Shown: positions 23,946-34,294, counted from the first letter of the stretch. The stretch: DNA of 64,000 bases from an uncultured Parcubacteria group bacterium (GCA_903944135.1 CAJAQL010000016.1:1903-65902), one strand, 5' to 3'. The notes: generated by a model from the letters alone, not told the origin. Numbers and translations are program-made.

Positions 23946-24014
23946 GTCGCCCTCGCGAAGGCGAGGGTCCATGCTTTTTAAAAGCACGGGTCCTCCGCCT
24001 CCGCGGAGGATGAC
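23946..24014. repeat. REP-like palindrome (GTCRYCC...GGATGAC family)
   Basis: GTCGCCCTCGCGAAGGCGAGGGTCC...CCTCCGCCTCCGCGGAGGATGAC. Confidence 0.7.
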
Positions 24015-24019
24015 GAAAA

Positions 24020-24790
24020 TCATTTCTTTTCGACTAGTATATCAGAAAAAATTCCGTTTTGCTTCAGGGAAACCCGTTCATCGCGGGCAAGATGCAAGAC
24101 CGCCAAAAAAAGGAGGATGGTGTCGGCCCGCGAGATGTTATGATCGTGACTCGAAATATTGATGTTCCCCTCACGCTCGATCCGCGCCGTCACCTCGGCG
24201 ATCTTCTCCTCGAGCGTGACGATCTTCTCCTTGATGGTCTGCGTTTCCAGCTCGTACGTCTTGATGGCATCGAAGATCCTATCCAAAGAACCCGCGAGCG
24301 CCGCTGGCGTCACGTTGCCGCCCGGATAGAAAACTTTCGCCTGCGCCGCAAGTCCGCCGCCATGCCCGATGAAGTATTGCCGGCTGTACGACCGATGGCT
24401 CTCGCGCCATAGCTTCGCAATGATACGGAGCGCCGGTTTCAGTTCGCGATAGATCTTCAGCCGATCCTCAAGGTCTTTGATGTCGGCCTCCTCTTCGTCC
24501 GAAAGCGCGAGCCCCGGCAAAAGATACTTCGATTTCAAAAAAATAAGTTTGCTCGCAACCGTAATGAAATCGGCGATGAGCCGCAGATCCTCACGGAAGG
24601 CCGATGCGATGCCCTCCTCGCTCACATCCGCCTCCGGCGGCACTGCCTTCAGATTTTCGATGTAGCGCAGAAAATCTTCCGTGACATGCGCCATGCTCAC
24701 CTCGCTCACGTCCATCTTTTGCGCCTCGATCAGCTCGAGTAATTTCTCGAGCGGGCCGCTGAACTTTTCCGTTTGCAGTTCGTATGCCAT
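24020..24790 (-). CDS. scpA: Segregation/condensation protein A (kleisin)
   Basis: FSGPLEKLLELI, KSKYLLP, FLAVLHL. Confidence 0.93.
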   Translation of the reverse strand: MAYELQTEKFSGPLEKLLELIEAQKMDVSEVSMAHVTEDFLRYIENLKAVPPEADVSEEGIASAFREDLRLIADFITVASKLIFLKSKYLLPGLALSDEEEADIKDLEDRLKIYRELKPALRIIAKLWRESHRSYSRQYFIGHGGGLAAQAKVFYPGGNVTPAALAGSLDRIFDAIKTYELETQTIKEKIVTLEEKIAEVTARIEREGNINISSHDHNISRADTILLFLAVLHLARDERVSLKQNGIFSDILVEKK

Positions 24791-24848
24791 GGTACCTTCT
24801 TATCAAAACATTTCGTTCCTTATTTTTCAATGCGGCGCGCAATGAAAT

Positions 24849-24877
24849 TTGACAAAATAAAAAATAAGAGATATGAT
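24849..24877 (+). promoter_or_regulatory. Near-consensus sigma70 promoter
   Basis: TTGACA-17 nt-TATGAT. Confidence 0.8.
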
Positions 24878-24903
24878 TCTTAACGAAGAAAGGGGGTAGC
24901 TCA

Positions 24904-25026
24904 ACGTTTGAATCCATTGGTCCGGCATCGAAACCGTTTCCATTGGCCGTAAAGGTGGCTATCTGGATCGGAGTCGCCATAAGTGGCGTTGCAGGCCTGT
25001 TTTTTCTCCTCCACCCGCTCTTCTAG
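24904..25026 (+). CDS. Putative 40-aa single-TM peptide with a non-canonical ACG start
   Basis: AAAGGGGGT SD, 6 nt, then ACG; C-terminal LAVKVAIWIGVAISGVAGLFFLLHPLF; lies between the promoter and a terminator hairpin at 25047-25076. Confidence 0.4.
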   Translation, partial: TFESIGPASKPFPLAVKVAIWIGVAISGVAGLFFLLHPLF

Positions 25027-25162
25027 GTCGGTCGGAACAACATAAACCCAGGGCGCGGCATTCGTCGCTCCCTGGGAATTCTTTTATAAGCACGGATCCG
25101 ACTCCGATAAAAATGCTTTTTATATGGCCTATTTTCACAATCAGCTCTATAATAATCCACAT

Positions 25163-26269
25163 ATGGCACAAGCGCTTTACCGTAAATATCGCCCCAAGAA
25201 GCTGGAAGATGTTCTCGGCCAGGAAACCAATGTTCAGATCCTTAAAAATGCGGCGAAAGCCGGACGCATCGGACAGGCCTATATCTTTTACGGCCCGCGC
25301 GGTACCGGGAAGACCAGCACGGCCCGGCTTCTCGCGAAACTGGTGAATTGCGAAAAACGCCGGACCGATCCCAAATTCGCGGAACTCGGTGAACCGTGCA
25401 ACGTTTGCGCGGCCTGCCGCGAGATCGATGCACAAAACTCTTTTGATGTGATTGAGATCGATGCAGCCTCGAATCGCGGCATCGATGAGATCCGCAACCT
25501 GAAAGAGAACATCCGCACTGCGCCGGCATCAGGAGGATCGAAAGTATACATCATCGACGAAGCGCACATGCTGACTGGCGCCGCATGGAATGCGCTTCTG
25601 AAAACTCTCGAGGAACCGCCGAAACATGCGGTCATCGTGCTCGCGACGACCGAATATGAAAAACTTCCGCCGACCATCACATCGCGGGCCCAACGTTTCA
25701 TATTCAAAAAACTCACGAAAGAAGCAATTGTGAAAAAGCTCGCAACGGAAGCGAAAGCGGAAAAGATAAAGATCGAGGAACCGGCGCTTGAACTCATTGC
25801 CGCGATTGCGGAAGGCAGTGTCCGCGACGCAGAATCGCTTCTTGATCAGATCGCCTCGCTCGGCGGAACGATCGCTCTTGCGGACGTCGAACGCATCACG
25901 GGCCGCACCGGCCTCGCAAAGATCGCCGAGTTCGCCGCTCTCATCCTGAAAAAAGATCTTCCGGCATCCCTTGCTTATCTTTCGGTTCTGAACGAGGAAG
26001 GCGGTAACCCCGTCCAATTCACAAAAGACCTCATCCACTATCTCCGCAAGGTTCTTTCCCTGAAACTGAATCCCGAACTCAAAAAGATATTCGAACGCGA
26101 ACTGACCAGGGACGAAGCGGAGATCATGCAAGAACTCGGGAAGATCGCCGATGTCGCATTCTTGGTTGCATTTGAAAAAGCGCTCATCCGCGCCTACTCC
26201 GAAATGCGCTATTCCCCGTTCGCCGCAACGCCGCTCGAGATCGCGCTCGTCGAAATTCTGAAATCATAA
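25163..26269 (+). CDS. dnaX: DNA polymerase III subunit gamma/tau (short)
   Basis: LYRKYRP, GPRGTGKT, EIDAASN, DEAHML, LLKTLEEPP. Confidence 0.96.
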   Translation: MAQALYRKYRPKKLEDVLGQETNVQILKNAAKAGRIGQAYIFYGPRGTGKTSTARLLAKLVNCEKRRTDPKFAELGEPCNVCAACREIDAQNSFDVIEIDAASNRGIDEIRNLKENIRTAPASGGSKVYIIDEAHMLTGAAWNALLKTLEEPPKHAVIVLATTEYEKLPPTITSRAQRFIFKKLTKEAIVKKLATEAKAEKIKIEEPALELIAAIAEGSVRDAESLLDQIASLGGTIALADVERITGRTGLAKIAEFAALILKKDLPASLAYLSVLNEEGGNPVQFTKDLIHYLRKVLSLKLNPELKKIFERELTRDEAEIMQELGKIADVAFLVAFEKALIRAYSEMRYSPFAATPLEIALVEILKS

Positions 26270-26284
26270 AGATATCGCAACGCC

Positions 26285-26713
26285 ATGTCTCAAAAACCAA
26301 AAAACGAGAGACATTTTATTGATTGGATCGTCGCCACGCTCGGCGTTATTCTGGCCGTCCTGCTTTTCTTCTTTGTGCGGCAATATCGGACACTGCAACG
26401 CGAGGAGCTTATCGCGACGCACCGGGCGATGACGAGCGCCCTAAGGAACCATCCTCTCCTTATTGCAAATGATGCAGATACCATACGTTCATGGATGACC
26501 TTCGATTATCTCAATGGATTTTTCAAGATGCCCCCGGACTATCTAAAGAACCGGCTTTCCATATCGGATCCGGCATATCCAAAAATGACCATCAATAAGT
26601 TTGCCAAAGATATCCGTCAGACCCCATCTTCGACCCTCGTCGAAGTCCAGAACACCGTACGGCAATTTTTTGCATCCTCATCCGCACCGGAAGCGAACAC
26701 CTCCTCGACATAA
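26285..26713 (+). CDS. Membrane-anchored hypothetical protein
   Basis: N-terminal TM, WMTFDYLN motif; coupled to the DedA gene. Confidence 0.7.
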   Translation: MSQKPKNERHFIDWIVATLGVILAVLLFFFVRQYRTLQREELIATHRAMTSALRNHPLLIANDADTIRSWMTFDYLNGFFKMPPDYLKNRLSISDPAYPKMTINKFAKDIRQTPSSTLVEVQNTVRQFFASSSAPEANTSST

Positions 26714-27312
26714 TGGATATTCTTTCCTCGCTTCTTTCGTGGCTTCTTCTCTATAAATATGCTGCGCTCTTCGCTATCGTTTACAGCGGAGCCCTTCTCC
26801 TGCCATTACCGGTGAACGCGATGCTTCTCGCCGTGGGAGCATTCTCGAGCCAGAACTATTTCAATTTCTGGCTGTCGCTCGCGATCGCCGTCATCGCAAA
26901 CACGCTAGGCGACCTCTCGGGCTACGCCATCACGCGCCGCTGGGGCACAACCGTAACGCACGCACTCCGCCTTAATAAGTTCGCTTTTTTCAAACAGCTC
27001 GCTGAAGAATTCCGGACCGACGCCGCCGTGACTGTCTTTACCACGCGATTCGCGAGCTCCCTCAGCACCATATCCAACTTCCTTGCGGGACTCGTCAAAG
27101 TGCCAATTGCAACATTTCTCTTTTATGATTTCATCGGAAATATCATAGAACCTGGCGCGGGCCTCTCGCTTGGCTATCTTGTCGGCAATTACTGGAATGA
27201 TTTTTCCGGAACGTTCGAGATCGCGAGCGGCATCATTGCCGTTGCCGTGATCATCTTCGTTCTCGCCCGCATCTCGCATAACATCGCAAAAAAATACAAA
27301 AACCCGGCATAG
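26713..27312 (+). CDS. DedA/VTT-family membrane protein
   Basis: PLP...LLAVG, GD..GY..R, RF motifs. Confidence 0.85.
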   Translation: MDILSSLLSWLLLYKYAALFAIVYSGALLLPLPVNAMLLAVGAFSSQNYFNFWLSLAIAVIANTLGDLSGYAITRRWGTTVTHALRLNKFAFFKQLAEEFRTDAAVTVFTTRFASSLSTISNFLAGLVKVPIATFLFYDFIGNIIEPGAGLSLGYLVGNYWNDFSGTFEIASGIIAVAVIIFVLARISHNIAKKYKNPA

Positions 27313-27315
27313 GTT

Positions 27316-27675
27316 CTACGCCAATTTCTCCCTTAATCTTTTTTCGACCTTCCCGACGTGGATTTTGAGCGTTGCCACGTCTGCGCGAGAATCAACGGTT
27401 TCCAATCGATCTTTGATCTCATGCAATTCTCCTGCCATAAGATCCATTTGAATTTCAATGGCATCTATACGCTGTTCCAAATTTCCTACCCGCAACTCTA
27501 AACTATCCATTCTCTGTTCTAGACCATCCATACGTTGCTCTAACTTGTCCATTCTCTTCTCCAATGTATCCATGCGCGCTTCCAACTTATCGAATCTTGC
27601 GTTGAATTCCTCTCTTATGGCGAGAAACTCTTTTTGCATCATCTCCGCCAATATCTCCAGGGTCATTTTTTGCAT
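27316..27675 (-). CDS. Heptad-repeat coiled-coil protein
   Basis: RMDTLEK/RMDKLEQ/RMDGLEQ/RMDSLEL/RVGNLEQ/RIDAIEI repeats; TATGAT 6 nt before the ATG. Confidence 0.8.
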   Translation of the reverse strand: MQKMTLEILAEMMQKEFLAIREEFNARFDKLEARMDTLEKRMDKLEQRMDGLEQRMDSLELRVGNLEQRIDAIEIQMDLMAGELHEIKDRLETVDSRADVATLKIHVGKVEKRLREKLA

Positions 27676-27733
27676 AGACCCATCATAAAATGACGCTTTG
27701 CGAAGTCAAAATATCTTTAAGAATTTTTTAATG

Positions 27734-27821
27734 AAAAATTCTTCATTTGGTTCGCTCATCGAAAATATGAGGATTTAGAATCCTCATATTTTCTCCTCTC
27801 TGCCAAATGTAATGATTTTTT
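27734..27821. repeat. Long intergenic palindrome
   Basis: Perfect 15-bp arms GAAAATATGAGGATT/AATCCTCATATTTTC, extended by CATTTGG/CCAAATG. Confidence 0.7.
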
Positions 27822-27860
27822 AATAACTGCCCGCGAACAGTTCGTCTCTCTTATTTTCTG

Positions 27861-28676
27861 TCACTTGTTCAATTCGTAGAAATTTTCAAATAATTTTGCG
27901 ACAAGGATCGGGCCGGTGCCGCCGGGGGTTGGCGTATAAAATCCCAATCGTTCGGCGCGCACCGCAAGTTCCCTCGCGTCAAGATCTCCTGAATATTTTC
28001 CCTCAACTGTTCCATAACCGAAATCAATAACACTCGCACCGTCTTTCAGCATGTCCGGCGAGATAAGGCCCGCTCTCCCCGTACCCGTAATAACGATATC
28101 CGCATCTTTCAATGCGATGAGGTCGCTCGTGCTGCGGAGAAGCATCGTTTCCTTCGCGCGCCGCATGATCCAATTCGCGATCGGCCGCCCGACCAAGATA
28201 CCAAGACCGACGATAGCGACGGAACAATTTTCGAGTTCAATGTTCAGGGTCGAAATTATTTCATTGACGGTTCCGACGGCAGGCGGCAGAACTTCGCTCC
28301 GACCGACATAGAACGCACCGAGCGCCTGCCCGCAGAGAACATCCACGTCCTTTTCCTTTGGAATCGCGTTCAAAACATAATATTGGTTCAAATGCTCCGG
28401 CAACGGCAGCTGCACGATAACGCCGCCGCAGGTTTTATGCGCAGCGATCTTTCCGACCTCGCCCCGAAGTTCATCGTTCGTTATATCCTTCGGAAAACGA
28501 TACATGCGGAAATCCACGCCAAGCTCCTTCGCGGTCTTTTCTTTCTGCTTCAGGAAGCTGATCGAGCTTTTATCATCACCGACCAAAACCGCGCCGAGAA
28601 ATCTTTTCGGCAACGGACGCGACTTCAAACGTTCGATAATATCCGACGCAATCGCCTTTCCGCCGATGATCTGCAT
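27861..28676 (-). CDS. folD: Methylenetetrahydrofolate dehydrogenase/cyclohydrolase
   Basis: GVIVQLPLP, KDVD, VGRP, VIDFG, TPTPGGTGP. Confidence 0.93.
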   Translation of the reverse strand: MQIIGGKAIASDIIERLKSRPLPKRFLGAVLVGDDKSSISFLKQKEKTAKELGVDFRMYRFPKDITNDELRGEVGKIAAHKTCGGVIVQLPLPEHLNQYYVLNAIPKEKDVDVLCGQALGAFYVGRSEVLPPAVGTVNEIISTLNIELENCSVAIVGLGILVGRPIANWIMRRAKETMLLRSTSDLIALKDADIVITGTGRAGLISPDMLKDGASVIDFGYGTVEGKYSGDLDARELAVRAERLGFYTPTPGGTGPILVAKLFENFYELNK

Positions 28677-28750
28677 GCTCCCATTGTATCACCGCTCCGA
28701 CATATTATGAATTCATGCAGTCCCGTGCACGGGAAAGGATTCGGACGAAA

Positions 28751-29692
28751 TCAAAGCGAAACGAGAAGCTTCCCCATTTTTTTGAGCGGGCCATGGCGGA
28801 CGAATGTTTCGGTATCGATAAAATCGCCGAGGATATATTCGGGGCCCCGGCCGCCCTTTTTCGGAATGGGCGGCGCTACGAATTCCGCGCCCTCGCGCCG
28901 ATATTTCCTCAAAAGCCGCTCTGAGGGCTTCTTGTTATTGAGGATCACGAAATCCAAAACATCCTTTCCGAGATATCTTTCCATGGTTGCCAGAAAATCT
29001 TCCGCGGAAAAACCATCGGTCTCCCCTGCTTTGGTCATCAGATTACAGATGAAAATCTTCTTCGCTTTCGATCTTTTTATCTCATCTCTCACGCCCGGCA
29101 CAAGGAAGTTCGGAATGATGCTGGTATAAAGATCGCCCGGCCCCATAATGATGGAATCGGCGTTCTTCAAAATACGCTTCAGGCTCGGGTTCATCCGTGC
29201 TTCGGGTTCCAACCAAACCTCCTCGATAGGGGAACGATGCGGCGCGCGCGGAATGTCGATGTTCGTCTCCCCGCGGATAATGGAACCGTTCGCAAGACGC
29301 GCACAGAGCCGCACGTCATCAAGCGTGACCGGCGCAACCTCGCCATTCACGTTCAGAATATGCGACGCCTCCTCGACTGCGGATGCAAAATTTCCAGTGA
29401 CCTTTTCAAGCGCCGTAAGAAAAAGATTTCCGAAACTGTGCCCCTGCAGGCCGCCGCCATTGAAGCGATAATTGAAAAGTTCGCGCATCGTATCGCTCGA
29501 ATCAGAGAGCGCGACGAGCGCGCGGCGGACGTCGCCCGGCGGCAGAACGCCATACTGGTCGCGTAACCGTCCCGTTGAACCGCCGTCATCCGCCATGGAA
29601 ACGATTGCGGTAAGATGCACGGGATATTTTTTGAGCGCCGTGAGCACGGTGAACGTTCCCGTTCCTCCGCCGATGGTTACGATATTTTTCAT
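28751..29692 (-). CDS. YvcK/GlmR (CofD-related) family protein
   Basis: IGGGTG, DDGGSTG, PPGD, GHSFGNL, GPGDLYTS, NLMT. Confidence 0.92.
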   Translation of the reverse strand: MKNIVTIGGGTGTFTVLTALKKYPVHLTAIVSMADDGGSTGRLRDQYGVLPPGDVRRALVALSDSSDTMRELFNYRFNGGGLQGHSFGNLFLTALEKVTGNFASAVEEASHILNVNGEVAPVTLDDVRLCARLANGSIIRGETNIDIPRAPHRSPIEEVWLEPEARMNPSLKRILKNADSIIMGPGDLYTSIIPNFLVPGVRDEIKRSKAKKIFICNLMTKAGETDGFSAEDFLATMERYLGKDVLDFVILNNKKPSERLLRKYRREGAEFVAPPIPKKGGRGPEYILGDFIDTETFVRHGPLKKMGKLLVSL

Positions 29693-29787
29693 AACAACGA
29701 TAACTGAATTGTAACTCTTCTGCCGATTTTTCGGCAGAACTGGAAAAATATCCGCAAAAATGTCATAGTAGAAAAACAAAGTTCGCC

Positions 29788-31110
29788 ATGAAACTGACAG
29801 CTGGCATAAAAACTTTTTCCCTCTTTCTTGGAGATATTGCAGCGCTCTATGCGTCGCTTCTTGCCACGCTCGCCCTGCGCTACGGATCGGGATTTTATGA
29901 AAAGTTCATCGATGTCCACGCCGTCCCCTTCACGATCGTCTTCGTTCTTTGGATCGTGATCTTCTATGTCTCGGGCCTCTACGATCTCCGCCAGCTCCGC
30001 AACAACATCGATTTCCTGAAAACGCTTGCGCTCGTCATATTCGTCAGCGCGACCGTCGCAGTCATGCTTTTCTACTTCATTCCTTCGTTCGGTATCGCGC
30101 CAAAAACGAATCTGTTCATCTTCCTTGTCATATTCATCGTCATCGAGATCATGTGGCGCCGCTTGGCGAACACGCTCCTCGCGTCGAGGGAAGCGCCGAA
30201 CAAGGTCGTCCTTGTTGGCAACGGTTCGGTCGTGGAAGAGATCGCAAAAACGATCGACGAGAATCCGCAGTTCGGTTATGCCGTCGTAAAGCGGATCCAC
30301 GAGCAGAATGATCCGAAGGCGCTCGAACGCGCGGTCGAAGAATCCCGTGCCAATGTGATTGCCGTACCGCGCCACCTGAAAAAAGAAACCGCCTTTGCGC
30401 TGATGCTGTATGAGCTTCTCGGAAAAGGAACGCTCGTGATCGACGTCTCGGATCTCTATGAACGCATCCTGCGCAAGGTGCCGCTGACCGATATTGAAGA
30501 AACATGGTTTCTGGAAAACATCGAGGGTGCGGGAAGATATTACGATTCCCTGAAACGCGCCGGGGAATTCCTCTTGGCACTTATTGCCGCAACGATCCTG
30601 CTCCCCATTGAACTCCTTGTAGCGCTGTTCGTAAAACTTTCATCGCCCGGACCCGTGATCTATCGCCAGACCCGCATCGGAAAAAACGGAAAGACGTTCA
30701 TGCTCTATAAATTCCGAACGATGCGGGTAGCGGAAAAGAACGGCTGGCTCGACACCGACAAGACGCGCATCACCGGCATCGGAAAAATACTGCGCAGCAC
30801 GCACCTCGACGAGCTTCCCCAGTTCATCAATCTTCTGCGCGGCGACGTATCTTTCGTCGGACCACGGCCGGATTTCATCGAGTTCTACGAGAAGCTCAAA
30901 GACGTCATTCCGTACTATTCCATACGCACCATCGTGAAGCCCGGCATCACCGGATGGGCGCAGGTCACCTTCCCCGTGACGGAATCCGCCGAACAGACCA
31001 AAGAGCGGCTCTGCTACGATATTTATTATCTCAAAAATCGCTCATTGATCTTCGATATTCTCATCATTCTGAAAACATTGAGAACCGTTGTGACCGCCGC
31101 AGGGAAATAA
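29788..31110 (+). CDS. Polyprenyl-phosphate sugar-1-phosphate transferase (WbaP-like)
   Basis: N-terminal TMs; KFRTM, LDELPQ, VGPRP, KPGITGWAQV. Confidence 0.92.
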   Translation: MKLTAGIKTFSLFLGDIAALYASLLATLALRYGSGFYEKFIDVHAVPFTIVFVLWIVIFYVSGLYDLRQLRNNIDFLKTLALVIFVSATVAVMLFYFIPSFGIAPKTNLFIFLVIFIVIEIMWRRLANTLLASREAPNKVVLVGNGSVVEEIAKTIDENPQFGYAVVKRIHEQNDPKALERAVEESRANVIAVPRHLKKETAFALMLYELLGKGTLVIDVSDLYERILRKVPLTDIEETWFLENIEGAGRYYDSLKRAGEFLLALIAATILLPIELLVALFVKLSSPGPVIYRQTRIGKNGKTFMLYKFRTMRVAEKNGWLDTDKTRITGIGKILRSTHLDELPQFINLLRGDVSFVGPRPDFIEFYEKLKDVIPYYSIRTIVKPGITGWAQVTFPVTESAEQTKERLCYDIYYLKNRSLIFDILIILKTLRTVVTAAGK

Positions 31111-31167
31111 GACTCCCGCGACCCGACGAAGAGGTATTGGGTCACCTAGCGTGATATACTGAGAAGC

Positions 31168-32148
31168 ATGGAAATTCTCATCACCGGCAGTGCCGGATAT
31201 ATCGCCGGCCTTCTCATCAAAAAATTATCCGCGGATCCATCGGTCTCGCGCATCATAGGCATCGACCTGCTTCCTGAACCGGATTCCATGAAATCCGATC
31301 CGAAGATCACGTGGATCCAGGCAGATCTTGCGATCCCGGGATGGGAGGATCGATTGCCGCCAGATGCGCGGATCGACGCCGTCGTCCATTGCGCTTTCAA
31401 GATACGCAATCCGTACGGTAAAAAGAAAGCGATCCAGAAGAACAATCTTGATAACTGCCATCGGGTCTTTTCGTTCTCCGTCGAACACAATGTACCGAAG
31501 CTTATGTATCTCTCCACCGTTTCGGCATACGGCGCAAAACCGGAAAATATCGGAAAGCTTCTCACGGAAACCGAACCGATCTCCGAAACTGAAAATCCGT
31601 ACGGGTATCAAAAAGCTGAAACCGAACGCGATCTCGTTGCGGTCCTAAGATCGCATGACGCGGCAACACGGGCCATCGTCCTGCGGCTGAACAGCGTGAC
31701 CGGCCCCGTAGGACAGAACCTCACGAGCAAGTTCGGACTCATTACTTTCCTGAAAAAGATCCTACCGTTCGTCGTTGAGGCAGACCCCGCTTGGGCACGA
31801 CAATTCGTGCACGAAGAAGATCTGATCCACATCATGGAACTTTTGATCGACGCAGACCTCCCGAAAGACGGCTTGAATCCGATGATCTTCAATATCGCTC
31901 CGCCGAAATTTCTCACCGCAAAAGACATGGGACAGCTCCTCCATAAAAAAGTTCTTCGCGTTCCGCACTGGGTCGTACGGCCAGCCTTTTTCATGGCATG
32001 GCATCTCTCGCTTGGCCGCATTCCAACGCGCCCCGATTCCGCAATGGGCCTCATCTATCCCATCAACGTCGATGGTTCGCGCATAGAAAAAGCGATCGAT
32101 TTCCATTACGCCCATACCGCAGAGGACGCCTTCATGGGAAAAGCGTAA
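31168..32148 (+). CDS. NAD-dependent epimerase/dehydratase (extended SDR)
   Basis: TGSAGYIA and YGYQK motifs. Confidence 0.85.
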   Translation: MEILITGSAGYIAGLLIKKLSADPSVSRIIGIDLLPEPDSMKSDPKITWIQADLAIPGWEDRLPPDARIDAVVHCAFKIRNPYGKKKAIQKNNLDNCHRVFSFSVEHNVPKLMYLSTVSAYGAKPENIGKLLTETEPISETENPYGYQKAETERDLVAVLRSHDAATRAIVLRLNSVTGPVGQNLTSKFGLITFLKKILPFVVEADPAWARQFVHEEDLIHIMELLIDADLPKDGLNPMIFNIAPPKFLTAKDMGQLLHKKVLRVPHWVVRPAFFMAWHLSLGRIPTRPDSAMGLIYPINVDGSRIEKAIDFHYAHTAEDAFMGKA

Positions 32149-32220
32149 CGAGGTTTTTGCGCTAAATTTAGAACCTAGAACCTATTCCTCGGATATCTAT
32201 TTCGGGATAGGTCTGTTTTT

Positions 32221-33471
32221 TTATTCGATTCCGGGAACCGGAAACTGTACGGAGAATTTTTTGACGTCCTCCTTCACGGCCGCAAGCTTGGCATCATCGG
32301 CACGGTTCATGAGCGCCACATCCATCAGGTCGGCGACCGTTTGCATGTCTTTTTCTTTGCAACCGCGCGTGGTCAAAGCCGGCGTACCCAAACGGATACC
32401 GGAAGGATCCATCGGCTTCCGCGGATCATACGGGATCATGTTCTTGTTGATCGAAATGCCCACCTTTTCCAATGCTTTCTCCCCTTCCTTGCCGGTAATA
32501 GCCTTACTCCCAAAAAGATCGATCAACATGAGATGATTGTCCGTGCCACCCGAAACCACCCGATAGCCCTTTTCCTGCAAAGCTCCGGCCAATGCCCGCG
32601 CATTCGCGATGATCTGTTTGGAATATTCCTGAAAATCCGGCCGCAAGGCCTCACCGTACGCGATCGCCTTCGCGGCAATGATGTGCTCGTGCGGTCCGCC
32701 CTGCACGCCCGGGAAAACAGATTTATCGATCGCGGCCGCGAACTGCTCCTTGCACATGATCATGGCACCACGCGGACCACGCAGCGTTTTGTGGGTGGTC
32801 GTAGAAACCACATCGCAGAACGGTATCGGATTCTCTAATTGCTTTCCCGCAACCAAGCCGGCAATATGGGCGATGTCCGCAAACAGGAATGCGCCAACCT
32901 TGTCGGCGATCTCACGGAAACGCTTCCACTCGAATGATCGTGAATAGGCCGAGAATCCGGCCAATATCATTTTTGGTTTTTCCCGCAATGCGATCGCCTC
33001 GACTTCATCCATATCGATAATCTCCGTTCCTTGCTTCACAAAATACGGAACGATCGTATAAAGTTTTCCGGAAAAGTTCAGCGGATGGCCATGCGAAAGA
33101 TGGCCGCCCTGGTCAAGCGAAAAACCAAGCACCTTGTCGCCGGGATTGAGGAGCGCCATATAGACCGCCAGATTCGCCGGCGAACCCGACAGTGGTTGGA
33201 CGTTCACGTGCTCGGCACCGAACAGTTCTTTCGCGCGACTGATGGCAAGATTCTCCGCCTGATCAATCACCTCATTGCCGCCATAGTAACGCTTTCCGGG
33301 ATAACCTTCGCTGTACTTATTCGTGAGGACCGAACCCATTGCCTCAAGTACCGCTCGCGAAACATAGTTTTCGCTGGCAATAAGTTCGATGCCTTCCTTC
33401 TGCCGCTGCTCTTCTCTTTTAAGAATTTCGAAAATTTGAGGATCTTCTTTTTCTATTGTTGGATAATTCAT
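32221..33471 (-). CDS. glyA: Serine hydroxymethyltransferase
   Basis: LIASEN, NKYSEGYP, GGHLSHG, TTTHKTLRGPRG. Confidence 0.97.
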   Translation of the reverse strand: MNYPTIEKEDPQIFEILKREEQRQKEGIELIASENYVSRAVLEAMGSVLTNKYSEGYPGKRYYGGNEVIDQAENLAISRAKELFGAEHVNVQPLSGSPANLAVYMALLNPGDKVLGFSLDQGGHLSHGHPLNFSGKLYTIVPYFVKQGTEIIDMDEVEAIALREKPKMILAGFSAYSRSFEWKRFREIADKVGAFLFADIAHIAGLVAGKQLENPIPFCDVVSTTTHKTLRGPRGAMIMCKEQFAAAIDKSVFPGVQGGPHEHIIAAKAIAYGEALRPDFQEYSKQIIANARALAGALQEKGYRVVSGGTDNHLMLIDLFGSKAITGKEGEKALEKVGISINKNMIPYDPRKPMDPSGIRLGTPALTTRGCKEKDMQTVADLMDVALMNRADDAKLAAVKEDVKKFSVQFPVPGIE

Positions 33472-33709
33472 TGGAAATAGATAAAATTAATTTTAAGGGC
33501 CACAAAAAACCGTGGCCGAAAGAACGAAAGAAATTGAAGAAAGATTACACCATATATTTATCTTACTACAAAAATTGGATTTTTATAAATTTTGTCTTAT
33601 CTGTCATTCCGAGCCAGCGAGAAATCTCTGCACTATCAGTCTTCGAATCTGATGGTTCATAACCGAACCTTGGATTTCCTTTTCCTTATTCCCACGCTAT
33701 AATATTCCC

Positions 33710-34294
33710 ATGATCCTCTCAGATCGGGACATCAAAAAAGCCCTTGCGGATGGGCGCATCAAGCTGACGCCGGCGCCGGATTTCGAGACCCAGCTTGGCT
33801 CCTGCTCGCTCGACCTCCATCTCGGGAACGTTTTCCAGATATTCCGCCGATCGAAGATCGCCTGCATCGATATCCACGATACGGAAAAAACGAAGGATAT
33901 CATGGAAACCCTTACGATCCCCGAAGGGGAAGCGATCGTGCTCCAGCCCGGTGAGCTCGTCCTTGCAACGACTGTCGAATGGCTTGAGATCGCGGATGAT
34001 CTCGTCGGCCGCATCGAGGGGCGAAGTTCGCTCGGACGGCTCGGTATCATCGTGCATGGTACGGCATCCGTCTTCGATCCCGGATGGCGCGGCAAGCCCG
34101 TGATGGAGCTCGGCAATCTCGGCGTTGTGCCCGTGCTTCTCTACCCCGGCATGCGCGCCTGCTCGTTCACCTTTGAAGAAGTTTCGAGCAAGGTGGAAGT
34201 CCCCTATTATCTCAAGAAGAAGAATAAATACGCCGGACAGGAAACGCCGCTCGCCTCGAAACTCTACCAGGAGATCGAAAAGAAAGAAGAATAA
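33710..34294 (+). CDS. dcd: dCTP deaminase
   Basis: ILSD, SLDL, GRSSLGRLG, DPGW, ELGN, KYAGQ. Confidence 0.93.
   Translation: MILSDRDIKKALADGRIKLTPAPDFETQLGSCSLDLHLGNVFQIFRRSKIACIDIHDTEKTKDIMETLTIPEGEAIVLQPGELVLATTVEWLEIADDLVGRIEGRSSLGRLGIIVHGTASVFDPGWRGKPVMELGNLGVVPVLLYPGMRACSFTFEEVSSKVEVPYYLKKKNKYAGQETPLASKLYQEIEKKEE

Noticed and set aside
24880-25080. SRP RNA (ffs), suggested by the position upstream of dnaX
   Set aside because: The conserved domain IV motif (CAGG..GNRA..AGCAG) was not found.
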